Positions 12,501 through 27,260 of a stretch of DNA of 64,000 nt are shown one piece after another; the stretch's first letter is position 1, and each line of letters opens with the position of its first letter. A program made the position numbers and the translations under genes. The notes beneath the pieces are model-generated. The model did not search any database. It was not told where the DNA came from and saw only the letters and a program-made list of their open reading frames with translations. Source of the stretch: Adineta vaga (taxonomy: Eukaryota > Animalia > Rotifera); assembly GCA_021613535.1 (NCBI GenBank), contig CP075492.1, forward strand, positions 6,510,001 through 6,574,000, read 5' to 3'.

Positions 12501-15500
12501 GAATACTTTGCTGCTAGTGTATTTGTGATTAAGAACGTATATCTTGGATCGGAATCCAATGGTGTTTTGATTGATACAGTAACTTTACGAACATCAAAAC
12601 CATTTAAATATGAAAATGAATATTTACTTGATATGTATGATCAATCTTCATCATGTACATTTCCATTTTATTATAATGGTCGAAATCATACTCGATGTAT
12701 ACTCAACGATGAAGGTTTACCTATATGTCGTTCATCGACGAATGCAATACATTATTGCCAACGTTCATCAGTGGAAGGTATTCGACGTCTTTATCCAAAA
12801 TATCAATTATTAGATAACTCTATCAGTATAAATCATCTGCCACAAAATCGTACTATTGATATTTCATTTCGATATACTGAATGTAATTCTCCATCATTGA
12901 TCAAAGCATTTCCTGCTTCTGTAAGTTATTGATATAATCATTTTCATTGCATTATTTTTATTCGTATATCTAGCATGTCAATGTAACTTCTATTACAACA
13001 GCTTCGAAACCTTTGTATGGTACTTATGATATCGAATTTAATGGACAAACATATACGTCAATTCCAGCAGTAATAGATCGAACAGATATGTCGAATCTTC
13101 TTCAATTCTATGCAAATACTGGTTATAATCTCGTTAGTCGTATTGGTGATTGTGGAAGTTATTCATATACGGTCACATGGTTATCAAAAGGAAAACAGCC
13201 ACTTATAAAAATTGTTAATACAAATGATGTAAGACCAATAGGTATATCAATCAATGTTTCATCAATTCAATTCGGTGCTGATGGTGATGTATTTTATAAT
13301 CTTCCAAATGATATAACACGAACATATCATAATGGAACACAGGTGAATACTTTTTTTCTTCCCACGTATCTTCAATTATTAATTTGACATATTCGTATAT
13401 TTAGGTCGAAGTTATTATTGGTGATCAATCATCTTATTGTTCAACTGTAAATAATAATTGTCAATTTCAGTATTCTATTCAACAAACACCAACGATTGTA
13501 TCTATTGTACAGAATGGAATAATTTTAAGAATTAATGGTGATGGTTTTAGACCATCTACTGAATTGAACATAGTTGTAATCGGTGAACAAGGTTTATGTA
13601 CTGTAACCGTTGCTAATACAACATTTCTTCTATGTACAATTGCAAATGCACCATCTGGTCAACAGATTGTACGTGTTAATATTGCTGATAAAGGTTTTGC
13701 ATTGAGCAATGGAAATCTTCTTGTTAACGTACCTTTATCGATTGCATCATTCAATCCAAATGAAGGAGGTGTTGGTGGAGGGTATGCATTAACTATTTAT
13801 GGTAATGGATTTTCTTCAAATTCCATCGTTACTATTGATGGAAATCTATGTAGTAATTCACGAGTAATCAATTTCTCATCAATTATATGTATTGTACCAT
13901 CATCAAAACGGATTAGTGCTAGCCAGGTTATTGTTTCTGTCATAGATAATGAAAATTCAGTTAATGCAGCTTCATTATTTACTTACAATGCAACTGATAC
14001 GCCGATTATCTCATCAATAGTACCAACTTTTACTACAATGATTAGTGAATTATTGAATATAACTGGTACTGGATTTGGGAATAGTATTGATTCCGTATTT
14101 GTTGGTACTAAAAGTGCAAAGATTTTATCATCGTCGAATACTAATATTCAAATCAGATTACCTGAATTACCACCTGGACTATATCCAATCAGTATGAATA
14201 CATCAAAAGGTCCTGCTCGTTCGATCAACCCTATTGAATATCGATTCTATATTGAAAAAATCTTTCCACAAATTGGTTCATTATATGGCGGTAATGATGT
14301 TTATATTTATGGTAATGGTTTTAATAATTCGACAAATATTCAATTTCGCACTGAAAATAATCGTCTATCGCCATGCAATATTATATCTATTCTGTCAAAT
14401 AAAATTCATTGTCAAACGACATCCTTCGCTCAACAAATAACAATCACAGCAGATGGAGTTCATCCGTTGTATGGATCTAATTTTTCGTGGTCATCTCCTC
14501 ATCAAGTAGTACAATTAGGTACTATTGTTACTTGGATATGGAATTCATCAGCAATATTTCTACCACGTCGATATAAAATTCAACAAGTTATGAACGCGTA
14601 TAGTACACAACCGAGTGTCAATGGTTTTGACTCTGGTATAGCAACAACTTCTGGTAAGTAGTATGCAATAAAGATAATATCGATAGCTAGATTTCTTCTA
14701 GGTTCGTATTTTTATCAATTTAATTCATTGGGTACATTTTATTATTGGTCACCAATGGTTGATGATGCTGAAGTTATTTCGCTTCGTGGCACGATTATTG
14801 TTGTACCATCAGAATCAGAAATATGGCATGTTGAAGCAATATCAGGACAATTTACTGGTAAATTTCATTGATATTTCTCATATTCTCTAATATACATAAG
14901 TCATTTTCTAGCACAAACATGTGTCTTTCCATTTACTTTCAATTCTGTCAATTATACTCAATGTACTTCAGTCAATGATACCCAATTATGGTGTTCTCCA
15001 ACATCCGTTTATACAGGTCAACGCCTGTATTGTGCATCGACAAGTATGTTAGATACAACTTTCAAATCTCAGATATAATTTCTCCCAAGAAAAAGAATCT
15101 TATAACATCGAATTATTTTTCTGAGGAAAAAAAATCGTTCCATTTAGATTCATCAACTAATTCAACATGTCCTTCGAATGTTTTTAATGGAAGTTTATGC
15201 AATGAAACAGTATCACAACCCATACAATTTCGTTCCACTCTTTGTACAGTGGGTTCAGTTAGTTCTATCACACCAACGGAAGGTATCATCGGAACATTAG
15301 TGACAATTACAGGTATACATTCTTTTTGTTTAGTTTCATCATATATTTTGAATATTCTATTGTATAGGAACGGGTTTTGATGGAGATTTATGTGAATATG
15401 ATATTCAATTTGGTGCATCTCATCATTGTCCACTGATAAATAAAACATCGAATCAAATGACATGTCAAATAACATCGAACTCAATGCTCGATGGTTCAAC

Positions 15501-18500
15501 GAGTTATGCCGTTCGTGTTCTTCGTTATCGTCAAGGTTATTTGAGAGATGAAATGTCAATACGATTTAATTTTCTTGCCTCAATCTCAAATATTACTCCA
15601 ATGAAAGGTACAAAATGTTTTTTTTCTCAATCGAAAAAGCGCATTAATTTATTTTCTAAATTATTTATAGGTTCAATCTATGGTGGAACTCAAGTAACTA
15701 TTGATGGTGTTGGTTTTATTCCAGGTAGCACACGTGTATTTCTAGCCGAGATCGATTATACGCATTTGGCAACAATCACATATTCTCAAATTATATTAAC
15801 GACTCCATCACAAACATATGATCTCGATAGAAATATCAATATTTATGTTGGCACGAATCAAGTTAAATGTTTGATACCATCTTGTTCATTTCAATGGACA
15901 CAACGTTTAACACCATATCTTGATTCGGTGACACCAGAATCGATTCATGGTCCAACTAACTTGACAATTCTTGGTCGAAATTTACTTGCTGGTAATATCA
16001 GTTATACAGATGTACAATTAAGTATCGCCGGTAGTTCTTGTACTGTCACTGGAATGACAAATGATTCGTTGAATTGTTCAATAACTGGTATCGAAGCCGG
16101 TACTCATCAAATTCTGGGATCAATTAATGGTCTGTTATTTAAATTAAAACCGAATATATATATGTTTTTTTCTAATCTTTAATTTAGGTATTGGAAACAT
16201 CAATTCTTCGGCTAATGTTACATCAGAAGCTATTTTAATTAGTTCATCGCCAAGTTCAAGTAGTATTTATGGCAATGCTACACTGCGTATCATTGGTAAT
16301 GGATTTTCGACTAATATCAACAATATCAAAGTAATGGTCGGTTTCAATCCATGTAACGTCGTTCGAGCAACGGGTGGTGAAATTCAATGTACTATTCCGG
16401 CACACAATGGTAGTTCTAATCTAGTTGCTATTACCGTGACATCGAATGGAAATCAGTTTTCATCTTCACTTTCTCTACAATATGATACATCAATAACACC
16501 TAATATTATTTTATTAACAGCAAATACAAACAGCGTTTCAACTGTACTATCGATTAGTGGAAGCAATTTTGTAACTGGATACACAAATGTACACGTTGGA
16601 AATTATTTGTGTGCTATAGCTCAGGTAACCTCTGTATCTATCACATGTACACTTAGTTCTCAGCAATCAGCTGGAAATCATTCCGTTATTGTATATGTGG
16701 ATAACATTGGTAATTCTAATTCAGATATTGTCTATACTTATCCACTTGTCTTAACTAATGTATCATCAACGAAAGGAAGTTATGGTGGTGGTCTTCCTGT
16801 AACAATCGTTGGTAATGGATTCAATGGAAATGATATATCTGTCAATGTATGCAATCAACCATGTTCATCAGTAACAGTTCTATCAAATACTCGATTGATC
16901 TGTGTCACACCTAGAATACTGATGAATTCAGTGAATCATTTATGTAATTTAACAGTAACAGTTAATGGTATTAGCGAAAATGCATTGTTCACTTATACAG
17001 CAAATCTGACTTCGACAATAACATCAATTAGTCCCGTTCAAGGTGGAACAGGTGGTGGAACAATTGTTACTATCACTGGAACTGGCTTTCCGTAAGTTAT
17101 TTATCAGAGATTTGTATTTGTAAGCATTACTACAACTACTTTATGTCTAGAAATTCTATTCAAATAGTGTCAGTATACATCGATGATGTCATTTGTTCGA
17201 TATTAACAATAAATTCAACGGCTATCCGATGTGAGACAGGTTCGCATTATCAAACAAACTTGAAAGCTGCTGTTCGTGTATATATAAATGACAATGGTTA
17301 TGCCATTGGTGATGTATTTTTTGGATATGTGGATCGTTGGTCAAGTCGTTGGACATGGGGTGGTGATCAACCACCTGAAGCTTGTTCAGTAGTATCGATA
17401 GAAAAAGGTGCAACAGTCTATTTGGATCAATCAACACCTATTCTAGAATCACTCATTATTGATAATGCGACATTAATCTTTGAAGATTCAAAAGATATTG
17501 AATTACGTGTCAAATATATTATCATTGTTAATGGTGGTTCACTACAAATTGGTACTGAATCGAATCCATTTCAACATCGAGCTATTATCACAATGTATGG
17601 ACATGTACGATCTAGAGAATTGCCTATTTGTAAGTGAAAATTTTCGATCAATACTTGGTTTTTTTAATATTATTTCTATTACAGTTGGTGCTAAAGTCTT
17701 AGCTGTACATAATGGTACACTTGATATGCATGGAAAATCTACAGTTCGAACATGGACACAATTAGGAGCGACAGCAATAAATGGTTCATCAACAATTACT
17801 CTCAAACAAGCTGTAGATTGGTCTATTGGCAATCAAATTGTTATAGCTACAACGGGTGATCGTTTAAGCCAAATAGAGAGTGAAGTTCGTCGTATTACAA
17901 ATATATCATCTGATAATCGTACATTAACACTTGATCAACCCTTGCAATACACACATTTAGGCATCATACATCAATTGAATACAACAACAATCGAAGTTCG
18001 GGGTGAAGTTGGACTTCTCTCACATAATATAATCTTTCGAGGTATTGTATTAAAAAATAAAACTTCATCTTCGCATAACAAGTTTCCTGTTCAGGTATGC
18101 CGACTGATACAACAACTGGTACAATAATCGAAAATCTTGTTGAATCGAATTCTGGTAAGAATATAGTATTTCTTTGAAAAAGTCATATATACATAAAAGA
18201 ACGAATGGTGAATCTTTTTTCAGACGATCTTTCTGGGCAAACATGTTGGAGAATTGAAGCTGGTCAAGAATTTAATTCCGATCAATTCGGTGCGATCATA
18301 ACAGCTAGTCAAGAAACAAGTATTTTTGGCCAGACACAATTAGCTGTGATACGTATTTCTAATGTTGAAGTATATTCTTCACGTTATAGTCGTTCAAGAT
18401 CTAAATTCTATTTATTTTTCAGCTTTACAATGTTGGACAAGGATTTCGTGTCGGTCGTTATCCCATATATTTTCGTCAGAACGGAAATATGAGTGAATCT

Positions 18501-21500
18501 TATGTTAAATCATCTTCTATTCATTTATCATACAATCGTGCGATTAATATTCAAGCTAGTAATTATATCACGCTTGAAAATAATGTTATCTATGATATCT
18601 TGTAAGTTAATATTGAAGACGTATGATATTTCTATGTTGAGAATATTTTCATAGGGGCAATGGTATTGTTCTTAATGATGGTATTGAAATTGGAAATGTA
18701 TTTCGAAATAATTTGGTTGTTTTTGTTCGATCAAGTTCAACTCTATTCAATGAAGATTTTGCACCAGCGGCCTTCTGGGTAAGTCAATTATTTGATATAG
18801 ATTTATTGATAATTTTTATTGATAGTTATCCAATCCAAATAATACACTTGGGCAGAACGCTGTAGCTGGTTGCAGTCATTATGGTTATTGGTATCGATTA
18901 CTTGAACAAACCGATGAACTACCCTTGATCCACAAAAGGTTTTTTATCCATATAAACAACCATTTGGTCGTTTTGATGGTAATAGTGTACATAGTACAAG
19001 TCTTATTGGTGTTTGGATTTATCCTTTATACCAACCGACCATTTCTGGTCTTCGAGATGACCGTACACTATCAATAGCTGTGTTTCAAGGATTAATATCT
19101 TGGAAAAACGCAAAAGGAATAGAATATATTTCATCAAAAATGATACAGATTAAGAATGCACTTATTTTCGATAATACAGATACTGGTATTGCTTGTAGTA
19201 CGGCTGTTAGATACGATGAAATTGATGTTAATGGATTACGTTCAACATTTTTCAATGCTGAAAATGGTTCAGGTATTATTGATAGTATAATAATTGGCGA
19301 TGCAAATATATCTAGTGAAGTAATTGTACCATCAACAGCTGGATTAATTGGTAAGAACTAGAGAGATATTTTTTTCTAAAATCTAATAAAATATTGATTA
19401 TAATTGAATTTACAGTCATATGGGGTCGTGGTTTTCTTGTTCAAAATGTCACTTTTATGAATTTCCTCACTAATCAAACCCCTGCTATTATTGGACCCAC
19501 ACTAAACGATCGATGTATAGATCATTGTGGAGGTATATATTATTAAAGATACTTCTTTTGTCTATTACAATGTGACCATTTAGGTTGGACGATAAAATTT
19601 TATAAAATGTCCTTTATAAATGTTGTAAATCGTGCCAGACTTCGATGGCAATACGATGCTTTGTTTGAAAATTCAGATCGAACATTAACAGATCAAAATG
19701 ATTCCGTCATAGTGATGGCACGTGATGGTTTAGCTAATACCTTGCCTTCATGCACACCAGTTTCTGATTTTGAAAATGCTGTTCAATGTTCACTGTCCGA
19801 AGGGCCATGGATTCGATTGGCACTCACTGAAAACTTGAATTATCGGTCAAGTATTAATAGTGGACCATTAACAATTACTGATGAGAATAATACCACGGTA
19901 AATGTATCATGGTATTATGAGGGACTTACATATGCCCAAGGATATACAATGTTACTGAAAGTAAATAAAACATATCAATTTAGTTATTCTAATACACTAG
20001 TAAGTGAAATTTTATGTCTTGATTGAACTTTTTTCGTTACTTTCTTTTTTAAATTCGAAATAGAATTGGGATAACATTAAATATCTAATTGCTCTTTATG
20101 ATCTGGCTCCAGGTGATTATTTCATTATTCAACATCGAATGGCATTTAAACCAAATATAGCGCTGATCAACGAATCACTAACGCCACTTTCTGGTATGAA
20201 TAGTACTCATGGTCAATGGTTTTATGATAACAACACGTATATCTTCTCTTACATTAGTATGTAAATTAAGCTTTTGATATTCATATTTATATATCACCAT
20301 ATACATATAGTAAAAAGTTCACCAATAGCCAGTATAGCCGCGGATATTAGCCTAACTTTCACAACATGTCGATGTACATGTCCTAACTGTCGCTGTAATA
20401 ACTACGTATGTCCTGCGTGTGCATGCCCAACAAGCCCACCTGGGTCTACCCAGTCAACTACAGAAGCGCCACGTTCCACAGTAATCAATAGGTCTGGCAT
20501 TTCATTTTTTTAATCTGATTATTTTCTAGTGTGTACGACGAGAAATAAGATATTGGTCAAATGATTCTCATTGGACAGAACCTCAAGAGTATCAAAATTG
20601 GAGTAAGACTACCTATTGTTCATCTAAATTCCTTCTTATTCTCTTCATATATCGTAGATCGTACTAAGCCAACTAATTATCAAAATATATGGGTTCCTTG
20701 GTGTTATCATCTTATCATTGATTGTCCTTTACCCACCATTCGATCATTGAGGATTGATGGCATCGTTGAATTTCAACAGGTTCTTTGTTACCATTTCAAT
20801 TTCTATCTAAACTAAAGAACTTTCTCTTAGGGAAGAAATCATACCATGTACATCGATAGTATTATTATCAGTGAAGGAGGTGCCTTAATTGCTGGTAAAT
20901 ATAAAAGATATATCAATAACTTCATCATTTCGGTTTGTGTTCTTTCAGGTTCTCAAAACAATCCATTTAATGGAAATATTGATATAATTCTTACAAATAA
21001 TAATTCCATTAATGCTTATCTACCATTTACTTTACCATCCCTTCAGTCGAGACAGATTGCTGTTAAGGGACTTCTTGAGTTGCATGGTTTAGCACGTAAT
21101 ATCGTATGGACACGTCTTGCTACAACTGTAACATCAGGTAGTAATTTGTTCGTACTCAGTGAATCAATTGATTGGTCTGTCGGTGATGAAATTATCATCA
21201 CAACTACTGATACAGATATCTCACATACAGAAAGACATCGAATAGCTAGTATTATCAATGGTACAACTATTCAGACAGTAAATTCACTTGCCTATACTCA
21301 TCGTGTCATTCGACAGATATTTCCCAATGGACAATCAATTAACATCGCAGCTGCAGTAGGTTTATTGACGCGCACTATACGTATAAAAAGTAATAATGGA
21401 CGAACTGATCCATTAGGAGCAAGAATTTATATTGCACCGAATACATTGTATAACGGTGATAATAAGGGCTATGCACATTTGTCTCATATACAATTTATTA

Positions 21501-24500
21501 ACTTTGGACAGTTCGATGGTACAACAAGTAGTGATTATAAAAAATCCGGTATATATATGCAGAATTCAAATACATATAATCAAAATCGACTTACTAATAT
21601 TTATGGATGCTCATTCGATGGTGGATTCGATGCTGCGTAAGAAATTCAATCGTCTAAGGATTTCATTTTTCAATATTTTTCTCCATAATAGAATTACTAT
21701 GCGGAATACGCATAGCATCACAATTGAAAATAATATTATCTACAATACATATCGATCTGGCATTTTTGTCACTGGAAGAAATAATGTTATTCGAAAAAAT
21801 CTTCTTACAACTATTTATTGGACAGGTACTCAAAATCCATCGACTGCATCAATTGATACAAATTATGATGCAGCAATTATGTCTGATAATTCTGTTAGTG
21901 TCATAATGCAAGTATGAGATATATTGAATAGAAGTCTTGTTTTACTAGTGAAAAAATGATATCATTCTATGAATAGAATAATCTTGTCGCTGGTGTTGAA
22001 CGTTTGGCTTATCGTGTTCAAGGTGATACTTGTTCTGTAGGAAACATTCCTCAGGATACAATTAATGATTTTTCAAATAATGAAGCACATTCAACTATGG
22101 CTGGTGTTAATATTTGGCCGTCAGATAGAGGATTGGTTTTCGATCGACGTAAGTCTATGAAATTGATTGAAATATTTCTATATTAACATCTCTGTATCTT
22201 TTTAAGAATGTGTTCTGATCAAAAAATTCATGTAAGTAGATAATAACAGAACCATTAATTGAATATTTCTTTAAAACTTAATTAGAGTTTACAAAGCATG
22301 GTATTATGGCTTCTATATCAATACATATCGAAATATTACTATTGATTCATGTGCATCTATTGATAATCATGTTGGTATATTTACATTCATTGTCGGACCA
22401 GCAGGTTAGAAATCATATATGTTTGTTTTATGTTCATAGCAAACATTTTCTTTTTCTTTCTATATAATAGCTGAAACACATGTAACTGTTCATAGTCGTG
22501 TTAATATTCAAAATTCGATTGTAACTGGTTCTATTACTCCAAATGATTGTGATGATAAAATCAACTTCAATTCAGAAAATATTCAAGCATCACGTATCGC
22601 ATTACCTATTGTAGCACCAGATTCCAAAAATGGTCGATATGGTAGTCGCTCGGGCATTGTTTTCCCCATGGTTTCTAAAAACAATAAGATGCCTGCTGCT
22701 CCTTGGACAGGAACTATTCACTATCCATCTCGTAAGTTGATTTTGTATAATAAATTTGATTGATATTAGTGTGTATCGGTTTGAAATGATTTTAGTCGAT
22801 GGTTCTATGTTAATTGCAAATGTTACTTTGGCTTTCTTCAATAATACATGCGGCAGACATGATATAGCTATTCAAGCATCTCAAAGTAATGATGATATAC
22901 AATTTCCAATTACAACAAAATCCATATTTAAATATAATCTATCGGAATCAAATTTGATTTTTAATGGCGAACCAAACAGCGAACAAATTAGAGCACAGGA
23001 TTGTGGCGGTAAGTTGTTTTGTAGGAGAAAAGAAATCCATTGATCGTTGTTGTAATAGATATGGATTGTGATGGTCTGAAAAAGATTTTAATTGTTGATA
23101 CTGATGGAACATGCTTAAATACACCAGGATCTACCTTTTCAATATCTGAACGATATTGGGGTATGTTATTGTTTGCATTGATTCACTATTGTAATGACAT
23201 TCATATTTAGGGAATGCACAACGTGGAACAGGTTACTTTCAAATTCCAGCTGAGGCATATACAACTCCATCTGGTATTCGATTCGATATTAGTTCAGTTT
23301 ATCCATATACTGGTATTATTCGCAGTTCTTCATGTAGCTTACAAGATTCTTGGCAAATGTATCGATGTGATAACACTCCAGATTATCGGATGTTAGTTAT
23401 TGAGAATATGGATAGGAGAAATGAATTGGGTCAATTCTCACCTATAACAATCATATCCGATAATGGTTATATTGATTTAATTAATGGACCTCAAGATTAT
23501 GGTGAATGTAAGTCTGAATTATGTCGAAGACGTTTATCAACATTTATGGCTATAGTTCAATCCGGAAGAACATATCAAATTTATTTTAAACGTTATCCAA
23601 TACCACTACATTTACGTTTTCGTTTAATCAATGCTGATGAATCAATTAAATGTATTTTAGCGATTTATTACAATTCAATGGAACATCTTGATGTTTATAC
23701 AAATGGTATATACACAGCACCAACCAATCGTGATACATCAACAAGTTATCTCTTATTACTCGATCAACCGAACAGAGTTAATTTAACATCACAAGCTGGA
23801 GCAAATTATCAGGACAGGTTCGAACTTAGATTTTTCTTTTCAATCTGAAAATTCCGATAATTACTGAATTTTATATCTGTTTAATTTCTTTTTAAATAGA
23901 ACATATCAATTGGCTTATTTTCTAATCAACGGTGATACAACGATTGATATTAAAAAAGCATCGTATTTTATACTCAATTTTGGTTTACCACCTGTCAATG
24001 AATCCACATTTTTTCTTAATGATGTTGCTCGAAACTTCGCTGCCTTTTTTAATATTGATCCTGTTAAAATTCGTCGTGTTAAAATTGTCAGAGAAACAGG
24101 ATCTAAGTAAAAACATATCTTCTATTCTTTGACTTAAGCATATCTTTGTTTTCTTTTCTAATTTCATCAGTCGTAGCCGTTCTGATCAAGTATCTCAAAC
24201 ATTGGTCATGGAATTGCGTAATGAACCTACATTGAGTTCAGCATCATCACGAGATGTTAATGTTGAAATCATGTCGAATATTGTTTCAACTATGATGAAC
24301 AGTTATCAATCAGGTGAATTGAATATTGCTTGGAAAAATCGAGATTTTACTGGTGGTGTTGTTCCGTTATATTTAACTGTACAAGAACCATTTAATGTTT
24401 CAAACGTTAGTCTAAGTATTATTAATCGAACTGAACTACGAATAGCACCAGATGATTGTCGTGAACAAAGTCCATGTGCAATTCAGCCTGTTCTTGTTGC

Positions 24501-25854
24501 GTACGATGCTGAAGGAAATATCATTGAAAAACTAGGTTCTATTGAACGACCTTGGCAAGTCAAAGCTTCTATAGTTAATCGACCAAATTTAGTATTGATG
24601 GGCAATGTAGCTAATTATTCAGATGGACAAACTCAATTTCGTTTCTTAGGATTACCGAGTATGGGCTCATTCGAAATCTTATTCACCTTCGTTCGACCAG
24701 ATGGAGTTACTAGGTATTAAATTTATCTTTTGTTTTTGCTTATTTATAATTTTTCTTTTATTGATTAGTTCATTTTTTCAAAAAACAAATTTGACTGCTC
24801 GAAGTGATGCGATCACAGTCAGTGATGCTATTCTAGCCGGTCAACAAGTCAATAGTATTTATGTTGTTAATGTTAATGAGACATTTAGTATTTCTGTAAC
24901 ACCAGTCGATAGTATTACTCGTAGTCAATTAGGTAAAATTCAATGGGGTAATTGGACTTGGATAGCTGATGCTAAACTTTATACTTTACCAAAATATCAG
25001 CATCATGGAGTGTTAATCAAACATAACTTTTCAACAACGGTTGTCAGTGTATCAGCAAGTACGGTTACACTTAGTGGTTTGGTAATCGACACTCCCGCTA
25101 TGTATATATTAAATATCCAATTAGTATCAACGAATAATCAACATAGTTTTACATTAGCATCCAATGGTATTCTTGTAAAAGATAACGAAAGTGGTATGGA
25201 ATTCAAATCGCATTCATCATAATATATGTATATGTTTTCTTTTGTAGATTCGTTTGTCTATGAAGTTGATGAATTACTTTGTAATATAGTATTCAAGGGT
25301 GATTATAATGCACTGAGTAGTTCGAATCAACTCGAAATAAAACGAGCAATGATCTATAATTATTTAAGAAGTATCAATATGCCAATGATTAGTGATATTG
25401 TTTTTGTAGAAGGTTTGTACTGTATTATTGAATTGATCGTGATTAATAAAAATAGTTTGTTCTAGGAGATTTAATTGCAAAATTTCAAGTTGATGCATAT
25501 CCAACGAATATTTCTCAAGCAGTATCATCGATATTATCAAATCCAAATGCTATACCTGATCTAAGTATATCTTCTGTGAATATAAATGGTCGAACGTTTT
25601 CAATTTTATCTAATGAAAATACGTCAACGAGTGATGGAAATAAAACTGGTCTAATCATTGGTATTGTAATTGGTTTATTAGCTGGTACATTACTAACAAT
25701 AGGTGGTATTTGGCTCTATCGAAAGAAATCTCGAAAGAATGATCAGCTTTCAAGCTCTGAGTTTCTGGATATTGATGACGATGAAGCTGCGTGGAGACGC
25801 AAAATGAAGATAGTCTTACCTGAACTGGAAACAAAAATTGAACAAAATGATTGA
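9568..25854 (+). CDS. PKHD1L1: Fibrocystin-L (PKHD1L1)-like giant type I membrane protein: signal peptide, many IPT/TIG repeats, PA14, two G8 plus beta-helix modules, TM; ~40 exons; two apparent frameshifts (~10130, ~18930)
   Basis: Signal peptide MTRIRIIIQLLLSIIIQ. TIG motifs (GSIEGGTLIWIRGEGF, SPVQGGTGGGTIVTITGTGF). G8 motif DRWSSRWTWGGDQPP...GGSLQIGTESNPF, plus EVRGEVGLLSHNI, PAAFWLSNPNN and DMDCDGLKK. TM GLIIGIVIGLLAGTLLTIGGIWLY followed by RKKSRK. The exons checked splice in frame except at the two sites noted. Confidence 0.92.
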
Positions 25855-26131
25855 TTTTGAATATTTTTAGTCATAAAATAAATTCCGAATAAAAGTTTAA
25901 TTTTATATCTTAGAACAGAACATTTCATTGAAATAGAAAAGTTATATATTATTGACTAATTAATTTCTCTCACGAACATTCATTTGAAATCTAAATTTCA
26001 TATTTACATGAACATCTTTATAGTAATTATTGTTAAATATCTCTACTTATTTTCTTTCATTATCAACACGCATCAGTCCTGTCTTCTTTTCCTTCGAAAG
26101 ATGTGATCATTTAGAAAAGATAACATTAAAA

Positions 26132-26780
26132 ATGAACATGAAATCTTCTTTACTCTTCTTATTATTTATTCTTTTTTCGAACAATTCTATCGTAAATATT
26201 ACAAGATATTCTGGAAGTTCTTTTTCTGATGAAACTTTCGTTTTCCTAGGGAAATGTAAATGCTTGCACACAATTTAATATCGATGGCTTACATTGGTCG
26301 GACTTGAATCTGTTAGATTGATTATCTTAATATTAACTTAACTTCATTCGAACTTCCTTTTCTAGGTGTAATTCAACTGATTCCTATACAATTTCTGCTA
26401 CAACAATCCTAGCTATGTTCCAATATCATTGGTTGTCAATGTAATTAGTAAAGTCTTTCTAACGAGATATGCATCCTTTGTTTTATTTCTTTTAACTTCA
26501 GTTTTCTTTGTACAATGTGTCTTTTTCTTGCATCGGGTATTTCACTTTATTTTTACAATCGTCATAAATATGCACCTTCATCCAAAGTGACACGTAAGTT
26601 TCATCATATTCATATTATCCAAAGTCATACCTTTTCCTTTTCTATCAAGCGGTTAATGTTATAACGATTTCTCGACTATCACAAAGTGAAAACTTCAATG
26701 AACCAGTTAGTTTTATTCAATTATCAGCTCCATCACAACCGCCAGCTTATACAAGTGTATTCACAAATATTTCCAATTAA
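26132..26780 (+). CDS. Small secreted-pathway single-pass membrane protein with cytoplasmic PPxY motif (139 aa, 5 exons)
   Basis: Exons 26132-26191, 26250-26311, 26366-26440, 26502-26593 and 26650-26780, separated by GT-AG introns of 54-61 nt, join to 420 nt in frame. Product: signal peptide, short ectodomain with 2 Cys, TM (HWLSIFLCTMCLFLASGISLYFY), tail ending QPPAYTSVFTNISN. Confidence 0.8.
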
Positions 26781-27260
26781 TTCTTTATAAACATAATCTT
26801 TCTTTTTTTAATTTCATCAAGTTTCAAGATAAGAATCAATTGATTGTCTTAAAGAACATTTTTATTTTAAAATTAATAGTCAAAAAATGTATTCCACATA
26901 TTTGAAAAGGATTCATCGAATTTATCTTCCGAATTCTTTTACAAATGTAGCCGTAATTATATTCATGTTTTAAGAACAACAGTAACACACGCATATGACA
27001 AATGATAAGAACAAAAAAGAAAAGTAAAGAAAAGAGAAAAGAAATGTCAATATGTGCGACACAAATGAAATATTGGAATACGAATTTTATTGTCCTGTAC
27101 ACCAGCGATCAACTTATCAGACTAACACACACACACACACACATAGACAGCGGCAGGCGAAAAGGTATCACCGAAAGAAAAGAAAAAGAGAGAAACCGGC
27201 AGCATAAAAAGAAAAAAAAAGAAGGTTAGTCGATATCTATTTTTATTTTAATGTTTTTCA

